Source of the DNA: Octopus sinensis
Lineage: Eukaryota
DNA: 64,000 nt
Assembly: GCF_006345805.1 (NCBI RefSeq)
Contig: NC_043002.1
Coordinates: forward strand, 14,322,001-14,386,000
Reading direction: 5' to 3'
The notes beneath the pieces are model-generated. The model worked only from the letters and a program-made list of their open reading frames with translations. It did not search any database and was not told where the DNA came from. Shown here one piece after another: positions 51,942-64,000 of this stretch. The translations under genes were made by a program, and so were the position numbers. The first letter of the stretch is position 1; each line of letters opens with the position of its first letter.

Positions 51942-53204
51942 CGAGGGACGTTCAATAAGTAATGCCCCTGACCCATTTGCAGTTATTTGATCTAGCTGAA
52001 AGTTTGCATGTGCAATCATTTATATCTCTACAGATTAAGTGGCAAGTTACAGCTCTGAATTAATTGTGGTTCCTGATTTACAGGTGTTTGAACCGAGTCA
52101 AGTGTGAAATGGAGCCTGTTGAGTGTCGAGCAGTGATCCGGTTTTTGTATTTGAAAGGACGCACACCACGGGAGACTTTTGATGAAATGAAAGTAACTTA
52201 TGGTGATAATGCCCCATCATATGACCTTGTAAAACGCTGGCATCGTGAATTCAAACATGGTCGGAACTCTGTGGAAACAGCTCCCAGATCTGGTCGCCCC
52301 CTTCTGCCATTGATGAGGCATCTGTCCGTCAAGTTGAGGCTGCCATTTTGGGAGATCGACGCATAATTATTCGCCAAATAGCCCATGAGGTCAAGATTAG
52401 TACCGGGTCTGTGGAAACTATCATTCATGACCATTTACATATGCAAAAGGTGTCTGCCAGATGGATTCCCAGGTTGCTCACGCCTTTCCAGAAGCAAGAA
52501 CGCGTCGAGTGCTCGAGGGTCAATTTGGAGATGTGCCAAGAAGATGAGTCAAAATTTTTCAAAAGACTGATTACACAGGATGAAACCTGGGTCCATCACG
52601 ATGATCCAGAGACCAAAGCCCAGTCAATGCAGTGGAAGCACCGTGACTCAGCCCCTCCAATGAAGGCAAGGGTGCAGCCCTCCGCTGGCAAGGTCATGCT
52701 CATAGTCTTCTGGGACCAGGACGGAGTAGTGATGACAGATTTCCTGGCAAAGGGTACCACAATTACAGGAGCCTATTATGCTTCACTTTTGAGGAAATTA
52801 AGAGAAGTTATCAAAATCAAGAGGCTGGGCAATATCAGCAAAGGCATCCTCCTCCTGCAGGACAACGCTCCGGTCCACAGGCGTATGGCTATGAACTCCT
52901 CCCCATCCCCCCTACTTTCCTGACCTTGCACCCTCTGATTTTCACCTCTTCCCAATCATGAAGTTGTATTTGAAAGGAAAGCGTTTCCCAGATGATGCAG
53001 CCTTGATTTCTGAAGTCACGTTGAGGTTGGAGGACCAAGCTGGGTTCTTCTAAAAAAACAGTCTCCAGAGCCGCATCAAACGATGGGAGAAATGCGTAAC
53101 TCTGGGTGATTCCTATGTAGAAAAAGACTAATAACTGTGCCAAGTTTCGTTGCTCTACTGCTATGGGAAGTGGGTCAGGGGCATTACTTATTGAACGCCC
53201 CTCG
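51942..53204 (+). mobile_element. Full-length mariner, same family as 44274-45545
   Basis: Same TIRs; TA TSDs at 51940-51941 and 53205-53206. Confidence 0.97.
52109..53131 (+). pseudogene. Mariner transposase pseudogene
   Basis: Two 1-bp deletions in C runs, a 28-bp deletion between cacag repeats, and a TAC>TAA stop near 53050. Confidence 0.93.
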
Positions 53205-53689
53205 TAGCAGTATTTCGTTTGCCGTTACATTCTGAATTCAAATTCCACCGAGGTTGACTTTGCCTTTCATCGTTTCGGGGTCGATAAATTAATTACCAGT
53301 TACGCACTGGGGTTGATATATTCGACTTAAGCCGTTTGTCTATCCTTGTTCGTCCCCTCTATGTTTAGCCCCTTCTGGTTAGTAAATAAATAGGTATTTC
53401 GTCTGTCTTTACGTTCTGGGTTCAAATTCCGGCGAGGTCGACTTTGCCTTTCTTCCTTTCAGGGTCGATAAATTAACTATCAGTTGCGTACTTGGGTCGA
53501 TCTAATTCACTGGCCTCCTCCCCCAAAATGTCGCGCCTTGTGCCTAGGGTACAAAAGAATATTGAAGACGGCGAGAAGTATTTGAGAACACAATTAGTAA
53601 TCTAAAAGAACGCGAATCTAAGAAACACCAAGATGTATTTTAAAGAAGTTTATGCATATGTCATCCATATGCTTTCTATATAACGCTAT

Positions 53690-53850
53690 TGCATCCTGCT
53701 TCAGTGCCAATGAAATCTTCAAACGGAATCTTTGAGATGCCTGCGCTAAGCGATTCTTATTAATTTTGGGCACCACCTGGTCAGTGGTGGCTTTCAGTGA
53801 AGCTATGGTGTTGTGATGATGTCGATTAACGTCCATTTGAATAACCCTCC
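53690..53850 (-). mobile_element. Tc1/maT-type transposase C-terminal remnant
   Basis: VNRHHHNTIASLKATTDQVVPKINKNRLAQASQRFR resembles the typical C-terminus (HNT..SLKAAI...MN...L..AC.RFR). Confidence 0.55.
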
Positions 53851-54199
53851 ATTATAATTTAGACTCTTCAATCGCCTTTTGCAACCATTAACTGCACGTT
53901 CGAAAGTACTTTCAGGCGTAGTGCAATTGTAATTTCATATATATTCTATAAGAATATTATGAGGAAATATATTTTCAAATATTGAATAAGTAGCATAAAA
54001 CCAAAAAGTCAAACTCCAGAATCAGATCTACAAAACAAAATGCGATACCCCAAATTTAAAGATTGCTTTACCATGTGATAACTCCACTTCAGCATAGCTT
54101 ATCTACAATAGAAAGTTTTAATAAAGAATTTTCCAAAGGAAACTAATTTTTTGCAACTAACATGCTGATCCAATCGTACCGTAACAGCCAAAAGTGGTA

Positions 54200-54575
54200 T
54201 TGGGTTACCGGGAAAGTTCGCGCCGATTTTTAAAGGAAAGAAAAAAGGTCAATAAATACTTGCCATTACATTTTTAATCAACCAAATATGAACCATTTTG
54301 TTGCGCAATGCATCTCCATCTTTTTACTTTAACTTGAAAATACCCTCTTCCCAGAATTGAGGTCGTTTCATGGCAAAGAATTCATCAAGGTATCTTTTTA
54401 CGAAATCCGAAGGATCAATATCTGGTGAATATAGAGGGTGGGGTAAGACATCCCAGCCGAGCTGCAGCAATGTTTTTCTGGTTCCCAAAGCATCAAGTGC
54501 CGAAAACGACGTTTCTTATCTTCCATTTTAAAGGGTTACAGAATTAACACAGGTTATAGGAACATAATCCTTCCA
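54200..54575 (-). mobile_element. Partial copy of the 46684-47251 deletion derivative
   Basis: TIR at 54200; same internal junction cggcacttgatgc|tttgggaaccag. Confidence 0.85.
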
Positions 54576-56186
54576 CAAAAAATAGCGTATGTTATTTGAA
54601 TAACGTGGACGAATGCATATATATGAGTTCGTATAAATTCGACTTTTCTTTACCTTATAGCTTATACCTCAATAGATTGTAATGCCATGGTAAGGATCCG
54701 GTACATTCATTAGAATTATATTTTATAGAATTATTCAGGCAGGCCTTCGAGCTGAAGAACAATGTACGCTGCAACCTAATACGAAAAATCATACTCCCTG
54801 TTTTGTTTCTCCTTTTCCCATCACTCTCAGATATACAGCAAATGTTCTACTTTAATGAAGTGCGTGGGGAATATCTAAATAATTGTATTGTTCACAACTG
54901 GTTTCATATTTTAAACTTGTGGCTGTAGATATTTTACCAGAGGTTGTCTCTGTCGATGACGTCTATTAAGGAAAAGAATCCTACTTTGATCTTATCAGTT
55001 TTGAGGAATTATACAATGGTCTAGATAATTATACACTGGTTTTAACCAGAATTAGAAATTTAGGATAACTGAAATAGGCGACCTCTCGTTTAATTTTTTA
55101 AAATTTACAGATCAGATTTTGTATTATTTAGCTGAAGTATTTGCCTGGTGTTTAAAGTTTGTGAATAGTGTGTGATTTCTACGTTTTCTTCTGAAAGCTT
55201 TTAGCTACATACTGCACACGATCTTCTTTAATGTAATATCAAAAGACAGCTCTGCACTATTTTGGTGATAACCTTCCCAGACGGAGAGCAATTTACTTGG
55301 TTCATTCATAAGATTTAGAAGCCATTATTAAGTCCAAGACAAAATTGTAGCCATTCCTCACGCTACTATCATGTTCAATAGTCTCATAGCGTGTAACACT
55401 GATATTAAATAACTAGTTAATTAGCTCCCATCTGAAATTATGAACGTTTATCATTTTTGGACATTATTCAAGTGATTTCAGAAGAATGCATACTAATTCA
55501 CTCGGCGTAGTCAGACGATATTTAATATGCGAAACAACGACTCAAATGTATTGTTGTGCAAACAGTAGCTCGTTTCTACGGGAAGCAAGAGAACGTGGTT
55601 TGATTGCTATCAATGAATTTATGGCTTTCAATTCAAGTTAAATGAGCGATGTGGTAAGAAACAGGACTAAATTGTGACAGAATTTTGATATATCCCAATA
55701 CGTGTCTAAGTCAATTTGGACAAGGCTTCGCTATAAATATTCAAATTTAAAATAATATTTCCTATATTATCTTGTGGTCAACTGCATCGGCCTTATCATT
55801 TAAATAGTATTTAGTGGAGTTTTGCAAAGTTACAAATCAATAATTTGAAGAATGCTATAACGAGAATATGATCTCCGAAATAATTCTCAATATCAATGAG
55901 ACAAATATCTATGATGTTTTGTTTTCGTCGTTGTTCTTGTTGTTTAGCTGAAGTGTTATCGAGGGAAACATTCTAAAGTCATTTCAGGAAGATGATGTAT
56001 CTTTTCTTCTGTAATCTGTAACCAATACTGCATTGCAAGATACATTGTTTACAAACTTCAGTAAAAAATTCTTCGCTTTCAGAGCAGGTGAAGGAACAAT
56101 ATCGTACCCTAAGCAATCCTATGATAGATATCTATCTATCTGTCTGCTGCCTGTCCGTCTGTCTGTCTGCCTGTTTCTTTCTGTGA

Positions 56187-56230
<44 letters not shown>

Positions 56231-56233
<3 letters not shown>

Positions 56234-56392
56234 GGCGCAGGAGTGGCGCTGTAGTAAGTAGCTTGCCTACCAACCACATGGTTCCGGATTCAGTCCCATT
56301 GCGTGGCACCTTGGGCAAGAATCTTCTTTTCTAGCCTCGGGCCAACCAATGCCTTGTGAGTGGATTTGGTATACAGAAAGAAGCCCATCATA

Positions 56393-56433
<41 letters not shown>

Positions 56434-56650
56434 ATATATTTGTTTGTGTTTGTCCACTCTAACATCACTTGAAAACCGATGCTGGTGTATTTATGCGTGG
56501 CACTTAGCGCTTCGGCAAAAGAGACCGATAAAATAAGTACTAAGCTCACAAAGAATAAGTCCTGGGGTCTATTTGCTCAACTAAAGGCGGTGCTCCAACA
56601 TGGCCACAGCCAAATAACTGAAACCAGTAAAAGAGTAAAAGAGTAAAGAG
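56231..56650 (+). mobile_element. SINE family A
   Basis: Full-length match. Confidence 0.9.
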
Positions 56651-56699
56651 TAAAGAATACACACATATATATATATATATGTGTATTCTTTACTCTTAT

Positions 56700-56783
<84 letters not shown>

Positions 56784-56799
56784 CTTTCTTTGAAACTCC

Positions 56800-57020
56800 T
56801 AAACAAGACGAAAAGGTCCATAGGATAAGGGACTATGAAGACGGGCAAATTATTGGGAAAGGAAAGAATTTACTTTACACTTGAAAGAGGACTGGTCATA
56901 AGAAAGAGGCAAAGACGAGATGGTAAAACGTTCCACAGTCTGGTAGTTCAAGAAAAAGGTCTTCGAGCGAATACTTCCTTATTCGTGCAAGCAATCCAGC
57001 ATTGGGATGAAGATGGTACG
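56800..57020 (-). mobile_element. CR1/L2-type LINE 3' end remnant
   Basis: Minus strand ...FS*TTRLWNVLP resembles the SFFPRT..LWN.LP terminal motif. Confidence 0.55.
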
Positions 57021-57226
57021 AGTTTCAGGTAAGGCGATATGGCACAAAGTCATCCGCAAATAAGAGAGAAAGCACATTAGTGCTCTTCCGTTGGTAGTAG
57101 TGATAGAAAACATCTAAGATTGATGACGTCACGTTGCTGTGAGACGGGTTGCAGAGTTGAAGCAATAAAGCGACCAATGAAAAATATATAATTACACACA
57201 CACAAACGCACACACACTCTCTTTCA

Positions 57227-57262
<36 letters not shown>

Positions 57263-58129
57263 ACTCACGTGTATATATGATGTTTCTGTGTTCTAGTTTC
57301 GTATGTGAGTGTATGGCTGTCTGCATACGTGTTTTCGCGCCCGTATGCGTGTGTGAAATCTGCAGCTTTTACGCCTAAAATCGCAGGGGAAATGAAGGTA
57401 CCTGGGCGAGATTATCAGAAAACTTTTACATTAAAGATTGTCGCAATTCGGACAACCGATAACCAATATGCAACACAATATGTATATTCACCACACACGA
57501 ATTCCTTACGAACAAGTATGCACACACACATACATACGTAATAGACGATGTTAGACAAATATACGGCTATCAGAACATTCAAATAGCTGCTGGGAAACGC
57601 AGCAATGTTTATATACCAGGTTGACTATACCCGGAAAAGCCATCAAGCCTGTAAATTCTAAAAACCTTTGCTGCATAAACTGTGATATTTATTACAATGT
57701 TATGTCTTCTGTGACGCTAACAATTAAGTGTTGGCGTTTAATATAATCCTAGATGTTAACCATGTAATCCATACGTTATGTAAGCAAGAACCCATTTTAC
57801 GAAGGGTTTATATAAATGGCCAAGTTGTTTGGAAGCAAACTTCAAACATAAGATATAACCACGAATTACTCTATCGAATTACAGATACGGTTATCGATAC
57901 AATCTTATATATATACATACAAGCCTCCATGTACACACACATACACACGCAGGTTCCAACTGTTAGTAGGTGAAATACCAACTTTCTACATTAATAAATC
58001 CCTAATCCATGCCAGCATGGAACATAGATGTTAAGCGAAATGTTGAAAGAAAGTTTTCAACTCATATATGTATATAAAGTTTTGTGTAGCTTATTTCTTA
58101 ACCCAAAAGTAGGTACAGATTAGAAACAG

Positions 58130-58700
58130 AGAAAGGCCGATTTTGGCGATTCATTTGACATAGGTATTAGGGAGCCACTCCGATGATAAATCTGACTTTG
58201 GATCTTGAACGTTTGCATGAAACAACGAAATCTATTGTGGCTCCGAATGATGTCATCTGCAGTGCAACGTTGTATTGTCTAATTTTGTTTGGGAAGTGCT
58301 TGGAATTTTGGTCAGTTGATAACAACAGTTTCTGCAATGGCTTTGAAGATTGGGGTATTGCAAGGAGTTTAATCTTTCCATTACTGCAGCACAGTGCAAG
58401 TGTCTCTCCATGCTACTTCATTGCTCTACAATATACGCAATCAGTTGTCATTGCACCAATGGAAATTTGTGTCATCCGCATAATGAACTGCTGGATCATA
58501 TTTGAAGACTGCTTCATAAGGGCTGCTTCTCTGAGCTGCTGCAACTGCTCTTCGTTCTGCAGTGGAGATCCTGTTCCTTGTCAGCCGTGCATACCTCTAT
58601 CCATTACTGCGATACTCAGGTTTATGTAGTGCAGAGTCTGTTGGTTTCTTGGCGTGCTTCCATTTCTGCAGCTGTCTCTCTTTCCCTGAATAGAGATATT
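58130..58700 (-). mobile_element. Helitron Rep N-terminal fragment, frameshifted
   Basis: FKYDP...IGAMTTDCVYCRAMK*HGETLALCCSNGKIKL...SKHF..KIRQYN.ALQMTSFGA...FKIQSQIYHRSGSLIP matches the Helitron N-terminal motif string. Confidence 0.85.
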
Positions 58701-59294
58701 ATTTTGACTTTGACTTTGTAGACAAATTTGACACTTTCCTTCTAGGCCTGGTTATATACGTATACAGAAATACATGTGTGCAAAAGATAGTAAACAATGA
58801 AAATACCTGGGTAAAGGAAATTATATAATTATAATACGACGGGCAGAAATTCAGTGAACCAAAGAACCAGTGTTGAAGGAACCAGAGAAAAGCCGTTAAC
58901 AACAGAAAAACACAAAACCGTTGCAAAAGTAAATAAGAAGTTTTTAGGCAAATATACTAAGTGTACGGATTTAAGTAAAATTTATGAATTTATTTCTGTC
59001 TCTAAATTATGTATGAAATTACCTTCATCAGTAATGGTGAACTTCTTTGTGTCAGTAATTGGTCCTTGTCGTTTGTAACTAGCGCCTGAAAACTTACAGT
59101 GAAAACAATAGATATTGAATTTAAAATGAAAACAACAGCGTCTGAAAAATGAAAGTGAAGACAATACAGAGTGAGTGAGATATAGAGAGCGATTGAGAGA
59201 AAGAGAGAGAGAGAGAGAGAGTTAGACAAATAGGATAGATATAAACATATAGATACACAGAGATAGATATAGAGACGGAGATGAATAGAGAGAA

Positions 59295-59350
<56 letters not shown>

Positions 59351-59840
59351 TATATATATCTGTATCTCTCTATTATATATTTTAATATTACATGTACTAC
59401 ATTCTTCGTCAAGTTCTGAATTGTAATTCTACCGAAGAAGAATTTGCCCTTTACACTGCGGGGGCGAAAACATAACAACCATTTAAATACTCTGGTTGAA
59501 ATAAACGACTTACCCACTCTCCAGAAATAACGGTCTTTGCGTCAACTTTTGAAACCAGTATTACTTGTACTTCTCGACTATATCTCTAAGTGTGTGCATA
59601 TATATATATATGCGTTTATATCTATGCTTGTGCTCAGTGCTACCACCTCACAAAATAGAACTGTCTCAAAAGATTCCATCGCCAGAAGTGATTTAATGGT
59701 TCGGTCAGCCGTGCTAAGTCACCAGTGTCCAAACAGCCACGGAAATCAGCGAGGAAATGGGGTATTTTATAGTTGTCGACTACATATCAGATTTTAGCTA
59801 TTTCTTTTCCTTATATTCAAGGTACACCTTGTTTTTGTGT

Positions 59841-59895
<55 letters not shown>

Positions 59896-59903
<8 letters not shown>

Positions 59904-60324
59904 ATTAGAGATAAAACCACTATTAGGAAAATCATACAATGAAAAACTTAAGCCAATACATAAGATTAATTAATTTATATTATTTAAATATATATCAAAA
60001 TTATCAAAAAAGATAATTAATATAACATTGATTAAACCTCGCCAAGTTAAATATGTAAACCACCTAAAGAATGACTGTAACTCGAAAAATTTTAAGAATT
60101 GAACAGCCATGAAACGATCGTAGTGTTATATTAATTATCTTTTTTAATAATTTTGATATATATTTAAATAATATAAATTAATTAATCTTATGTATTTTCA
60201 TTGTATGATTTGCCTAATAGTGGTTTTATCTCTAATTCAATATAATATAATATTTTACTATAAAATTGGATTCAATCGTAAATCTGATTTTTCCCTGTAA
60301 GTTTGGATTTATTCCCTAATATTT

Positions 60325-60330
<6 letters not shown>
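59896..60330 (+). mobile_element. Penelope-like terminal repeat with an inverted duplication and a central hammerhead motif
   Basis: Arms 59896-60027 and 60123-60243 are near-identical inverted copies (one 10-nt indel). HHR-like motif at 60061-60125. Confidence 0.75.
60061..60125 (+). ncRNA. Degenerate type I hammerhead motif (G5A)
   Basis: cac-CTAAAGA-ATGACTGT...ACAGCCAT-GAAA-C-gatc-GTA-gtg; palindromic ACGATCGT stem III; GUA triplet. Confidence 0.55.
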
Positions 60331-60402
<72 letters not shown>

Positions 60403-61671
60403 ATGTATGTATGTATGTATGTATATATACATATATATCGTGTTGTAGCGAAACATTTATATCACACGCGTCTTGTGCAATTTGCTTTATTTTCTTCTTT
60501 TCTTTGGTGGGGGCATTATATGTTTAAACCTTAATTCTGGAATGAAGACCAATAAACCAGCTTAACAATTAACCGGTTTATAGGCAAGCCAATCTTATTT
60601 CTGAAATTTACTACCACCATTCTTTCTATTAGTTTGTAACACTACAAATTTTACTACCGCCTTGCTTAATTTGTATCTCTGTATCCTCGTTAGTCAGCAG
60701 CGATATTTTCTTCTACTAATTCCATGTCTGGTTAACATTATTCATGTGGAGAAATGTGATATGTTTCTAAAATTTCAATATGGTTTCCTCTAATTTTTGT
60801 TTTAATTCGCTCACTACTACAAGGTGACATTTAAAACGGTCATTTTCTGAGGTTATATATATATATATATATATATCGAGCTGGCATTGATTGTATAATA
60901 TATCATCGCTCACCCAGTGGAATTGTTATTGCCTTTTGTTTTATCTGTGGATATAGTGTCTTTCAATTTGATGGTGCTCGTTTTCATTTTAAGTTCGCTT
61001 TGCGTATATATATTTCCCTGATTTAAAACATTGCTTCTCTTATACCTAAGTAGACATTGCATCTCATCTACGCACGAATTGATCATAATAAAGTTATATA
61101 TTGCAGGTTGCAACATTTGTAAATCAGTATATATGTATTCACTGGGATTACTTCGATTTATATAGTTGTGCCAAAGTTTTATTTCATCTGCTATATAAAA
61201 CGAATTACATTCTCACTCTTTCTCGGCTGTGCGTAGGTTGTCCATTGTTAGCGTAAAATAGTACAAAATAACCACTTGTAACTCACAAAAAAATAAGAAA
61301 AAAAATCACTAAAAACAGGAAATAAGAACACTATTTACTGGGATTCATATAAATATTTTTCTGAAACTTTATTGGCTTTGGTCTAGTTTTTTTTTTTGTA
61401 TCATTGATTTATTTCAGGTTTTACGATGAGCGACGATTTCACGTAAATGTTGTTCTGTCTGGGAATATTTTAGATATTTTGATTCAGTACGACTATAATC
61501 GTTTTACAAGTATCTTTATTATGGTTTCAGGATTACACGGACGATATATTTCCTTTACTGAAAGATTAGATATATCCCGTGGTATATATTAGCGCAAGTA
61601 TACTAAATAACCAAGTCGAACTGTTTAAAAAAGATTTAAAAAACGCTTAATGTTAGTAGAACTCTTTTCCT

Positions 61672-61870
61672 TTTCTACTCTAGGCACCAGGCTCGAAATT
61701 TATGGGGAGGGGGCCAGTCGATTAGATCGACACCATTACGCAAATGGTACTTATTTATCGACTTCGAAAGTATGAAAGGAAAAGTCGTATTTGAACTCAG
61801 AACGTAAAAACAGAAGAACTGCCACTAAGCATTTCGCCCAGCGTGCTAACGTTTCTGCCAGTTCGCCGCT
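61672..61870 (-). mobile_element. SINE family B (head + terminal unit only)
   Basis: Matches the terminal unit of 19825-19988 plus the head. Confidence 0.85.
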
Positions 61871-61883
61871 TTCAGGTTATATT

Positions 61884-61949
61884 CTTCTTCTTCTTCTTCT
61901 TCTTCTTCTTCTTCTTCTTCTTCTTCTTCTTCTTCTTCTTCTTCTTCTT

Positions 61950-61980
<31 letters not shown>

Positions 61981-61995
61981 TTATTATTATTATTA

Positions 61996-62038
<43 letters not shown>

Positions 62039-62040
62039 TT
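61884..62040. repeat. (TTC)n(TTA)n microsatellite
   Basis: Direct sequence; abuts the Dong 3' end. Confidence 0.97.
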
Positions 62041-64000
62041 TTTTTTTTCTTCTTTCAAATTTTCTTCCATTTCTTGCCGAGTGTCTTCCCGACTCCTAGG
62101 GCAAAGAAACTCATAGTGTATATTGGTAGGCCATTAAACCAAACTCAGTAGTTCATTCATTTTTTTTTTTTTTTTTTTTAAAGTTAAATTAAAATTAAAA
62201 TACATGAGCAGCAACAGTTCTCACATCGACAATGCTCTTCTCAATACGTGTGATGTACCAGTTAAGACAATCTTTTGCACTTCTTGCAGGGATGGTAAGC
62301 CAGGGATCATTCTCATATAATTTTCGGTTCCCTTCTTGATCATTCCTAGTGCTCCTACGATCACTGGTATTGTAACCGCCTTGAGATGCCACATTTTCTC
62401 AATTTCAATGAGTAGGTCTTTATATTTTCTGAGCTTGTCAAACTCTTTCGCTGAGATATTATGATCACAGGGGATGCTCATGTCGATCAATAAGCAAACT
62501 TTATTGTTTTGGTCTTTCACAACAATATCTGGTTTATTGGCCTTGATGGTTCGGTCTGTATGTACTGGAAAGTCCCACAGAATGGTTACATTTTCTCCTT
62601 CAGTTACAGCCTCAGGGTGGTGATTATACCACTTGTCGGCAGTTTTGATATTGTAATGCCGACTTATTAGCCAGTGGAGATATTGGCCAACTCTGTCATG
62701 TCTTAATTTATACTCCACTGGTGCTAAGACTTTACATCCAGAGATTAGGTGGTCCACTGTTTCAATCATGTCGTTGCAGAATCGGCATTTTGGGTCTGCT
62801 CCATTTTTCATCACATTGGCCTGGTAGTTCCGGGTTAATAGGCTTTGGTCTTGAGCAGCCAGGATGAAACCTTCGGTCTCTGCTTTTAGCCCTGAGCTCC
62901 GCAGCCACTGATGGGTTTGCTTCTGGTCAACATCAGCTTGTTTGCTGCGGGTCACATATTTGCCGTGCAGAGGTTTCTCCTCCCACCTATCAGCCAATTG
63001 CTCGTGCGCTTTTTTCATTGCCATCATTTTCACCTTCTTTGCAACAATAGTTGCCGTACTTCCCTCGGTTTGTTCAGTTTGGGTATCCTGCACGAGATCA
63101 ATAGCAAATTTTTTGCTTTCCTTGATGATAGAATGGAGCTTCTTTCGTCTCTCGTGATTTTCCACGAGCTTTAGCATCCAGTCATTCGATATTTCGAGAT
63201 ATTTGGCCAGTCCAATTGTGGTTGTTTTGTAAGCTAGTTCAAATTGGATCAGGCCTCGACCTCCTTGGGCTCTGGGAAGGTAAAGGCGATCTACGTCTGC
63301 CTTTGGGTGGTGCATCCTATTACAACTCAGCAGCTTGCGTATTTTTCTATCTATATTCTTTACTTCACTCATATTCCAGTTCAACACATTGTAGCTATAA
63401 GTAACAACTGGAACTGCTAAGGAATTTATAGCTAACACCTTGTTACGTGCATTTAGTTCAGATTTCAGGACTGCACGAACTCTCCTATAACATTCCTTCC
63501 TGATTTTCTCTTTCATGCTTGCATGCTGAATACCAGAGCCTTCATTTATCCCTAAATATTTGTATGTCTGTTCTTGCTCAAGCTCTCTTATGACTGTGTC
63601 AACATCTAACACGACTGAATTTGTGGTCTTCACTTTCCCTTTCTGGAAAGTGGCCTTGGCACACTTCTCAAGTCCAAACTCCATCCGATGTCATCGCTGA
63701 ATGCTTTCACGGTGCGCAATAGGCCTTCAAGTTCATTATTGTCTTTACCATAAAGTTTTAAGTCATCCATATAAAATAGATGGCTTATTTTTTTATTGGC
63801 AATTTTATACCCATACCCTGTTCTGTTTAATTCACTTGTAAGGGGTATTAGGGCTATGCAGAATATTAAAGGTGAAAGTGAGTCACCTTGAAAAATTCCA
63901 CAGTTGATGTTTATATTTTCTGAGGCAAGTACTCCATTAGAGTGGTATAATTGGAGATTCGTATTCCACAACGACATATTGTGCTTCAGGAAGTTTGAAA
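62041..64000 (-). mobile_element. R4/Dong-clade non-LTR retrotransposon running off the window edge
   Basis: RT plus restriction-like endonuclease ORF; ~180-bp 3' UTR ending at (TAA)n. Confidence 0.95.
62221..64000 (-). CDS. RT / zinc knuckle / REL endonuclease polyprotein (partial, one frameshift at about 63685)
   Basis: GIFQGDSLSP, YMDDLKL, YKYLG, CRFCNDMIETVDHLISGC, RHDRV, ANKPDIVV, LIDMSIP...KEFDKLRKY. The only lesion seen is GGAATG>GGATG. Confidence 0.9.

Larger units (their letters stand above)
51897..53540 (+). mobile_element. SINE family B (head + unit + terminal unit) split by the mariner at its TA
   Basis: Head 51897-51941 ends atgctTA and resumes TAgcagtatttcg at 53205. Confidence 0.88.

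Noticed and set aside
58990-59031. CTGATGAAGG on the minus strand
   Set aside because: No convincing stem II or GAAA-stem III in register.

Overview
AT-rich, microsatellite-dense eukaryotic DNA. The SINE repertoire and TTAGGG repeats suggest an octopus/cephalopod genome (my recognition, not checked by search). No complete host gene is visible and almost all long ORFs in the track are microsatellite artefacts. Transposons dominate: three R4/Dong-type non-LTR pieces (one nearly intact at the right edge), a 5'-truncated RTE LINE, two full-length but frameshifted DD34D mariners, deleted mariner/maT remnants, a Helitron fragment, Penelope-like remnants, several tRNA-derived SINE families, a MITE family with 8-bp TSDs that carries telomeric repeats, and a homogeneous 19-bp minisatellite. 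The only host-gene-like signal is an old duplication (about 0.6-2.4 kb vs 9.8-12.1 kb). Both copies keep a 58-nt GT-AG intron and a polyA signal, and copy 1 reads as two hydrophobic helices. The most interesting pattern is RNA structure: at least seven minimal type I hammerhead-ribozyme (HHR)-like motifs from several repeat families. They include a tRNA-headed SINE-like element ending in an HHR, a fully paired HHR with a compensatory G3:C8 core, and two foldbacks whose inversion points coincide with HHR landmarks. All alignments, folds and counts were done by eye; ends without a TSD or TIR are approximate.
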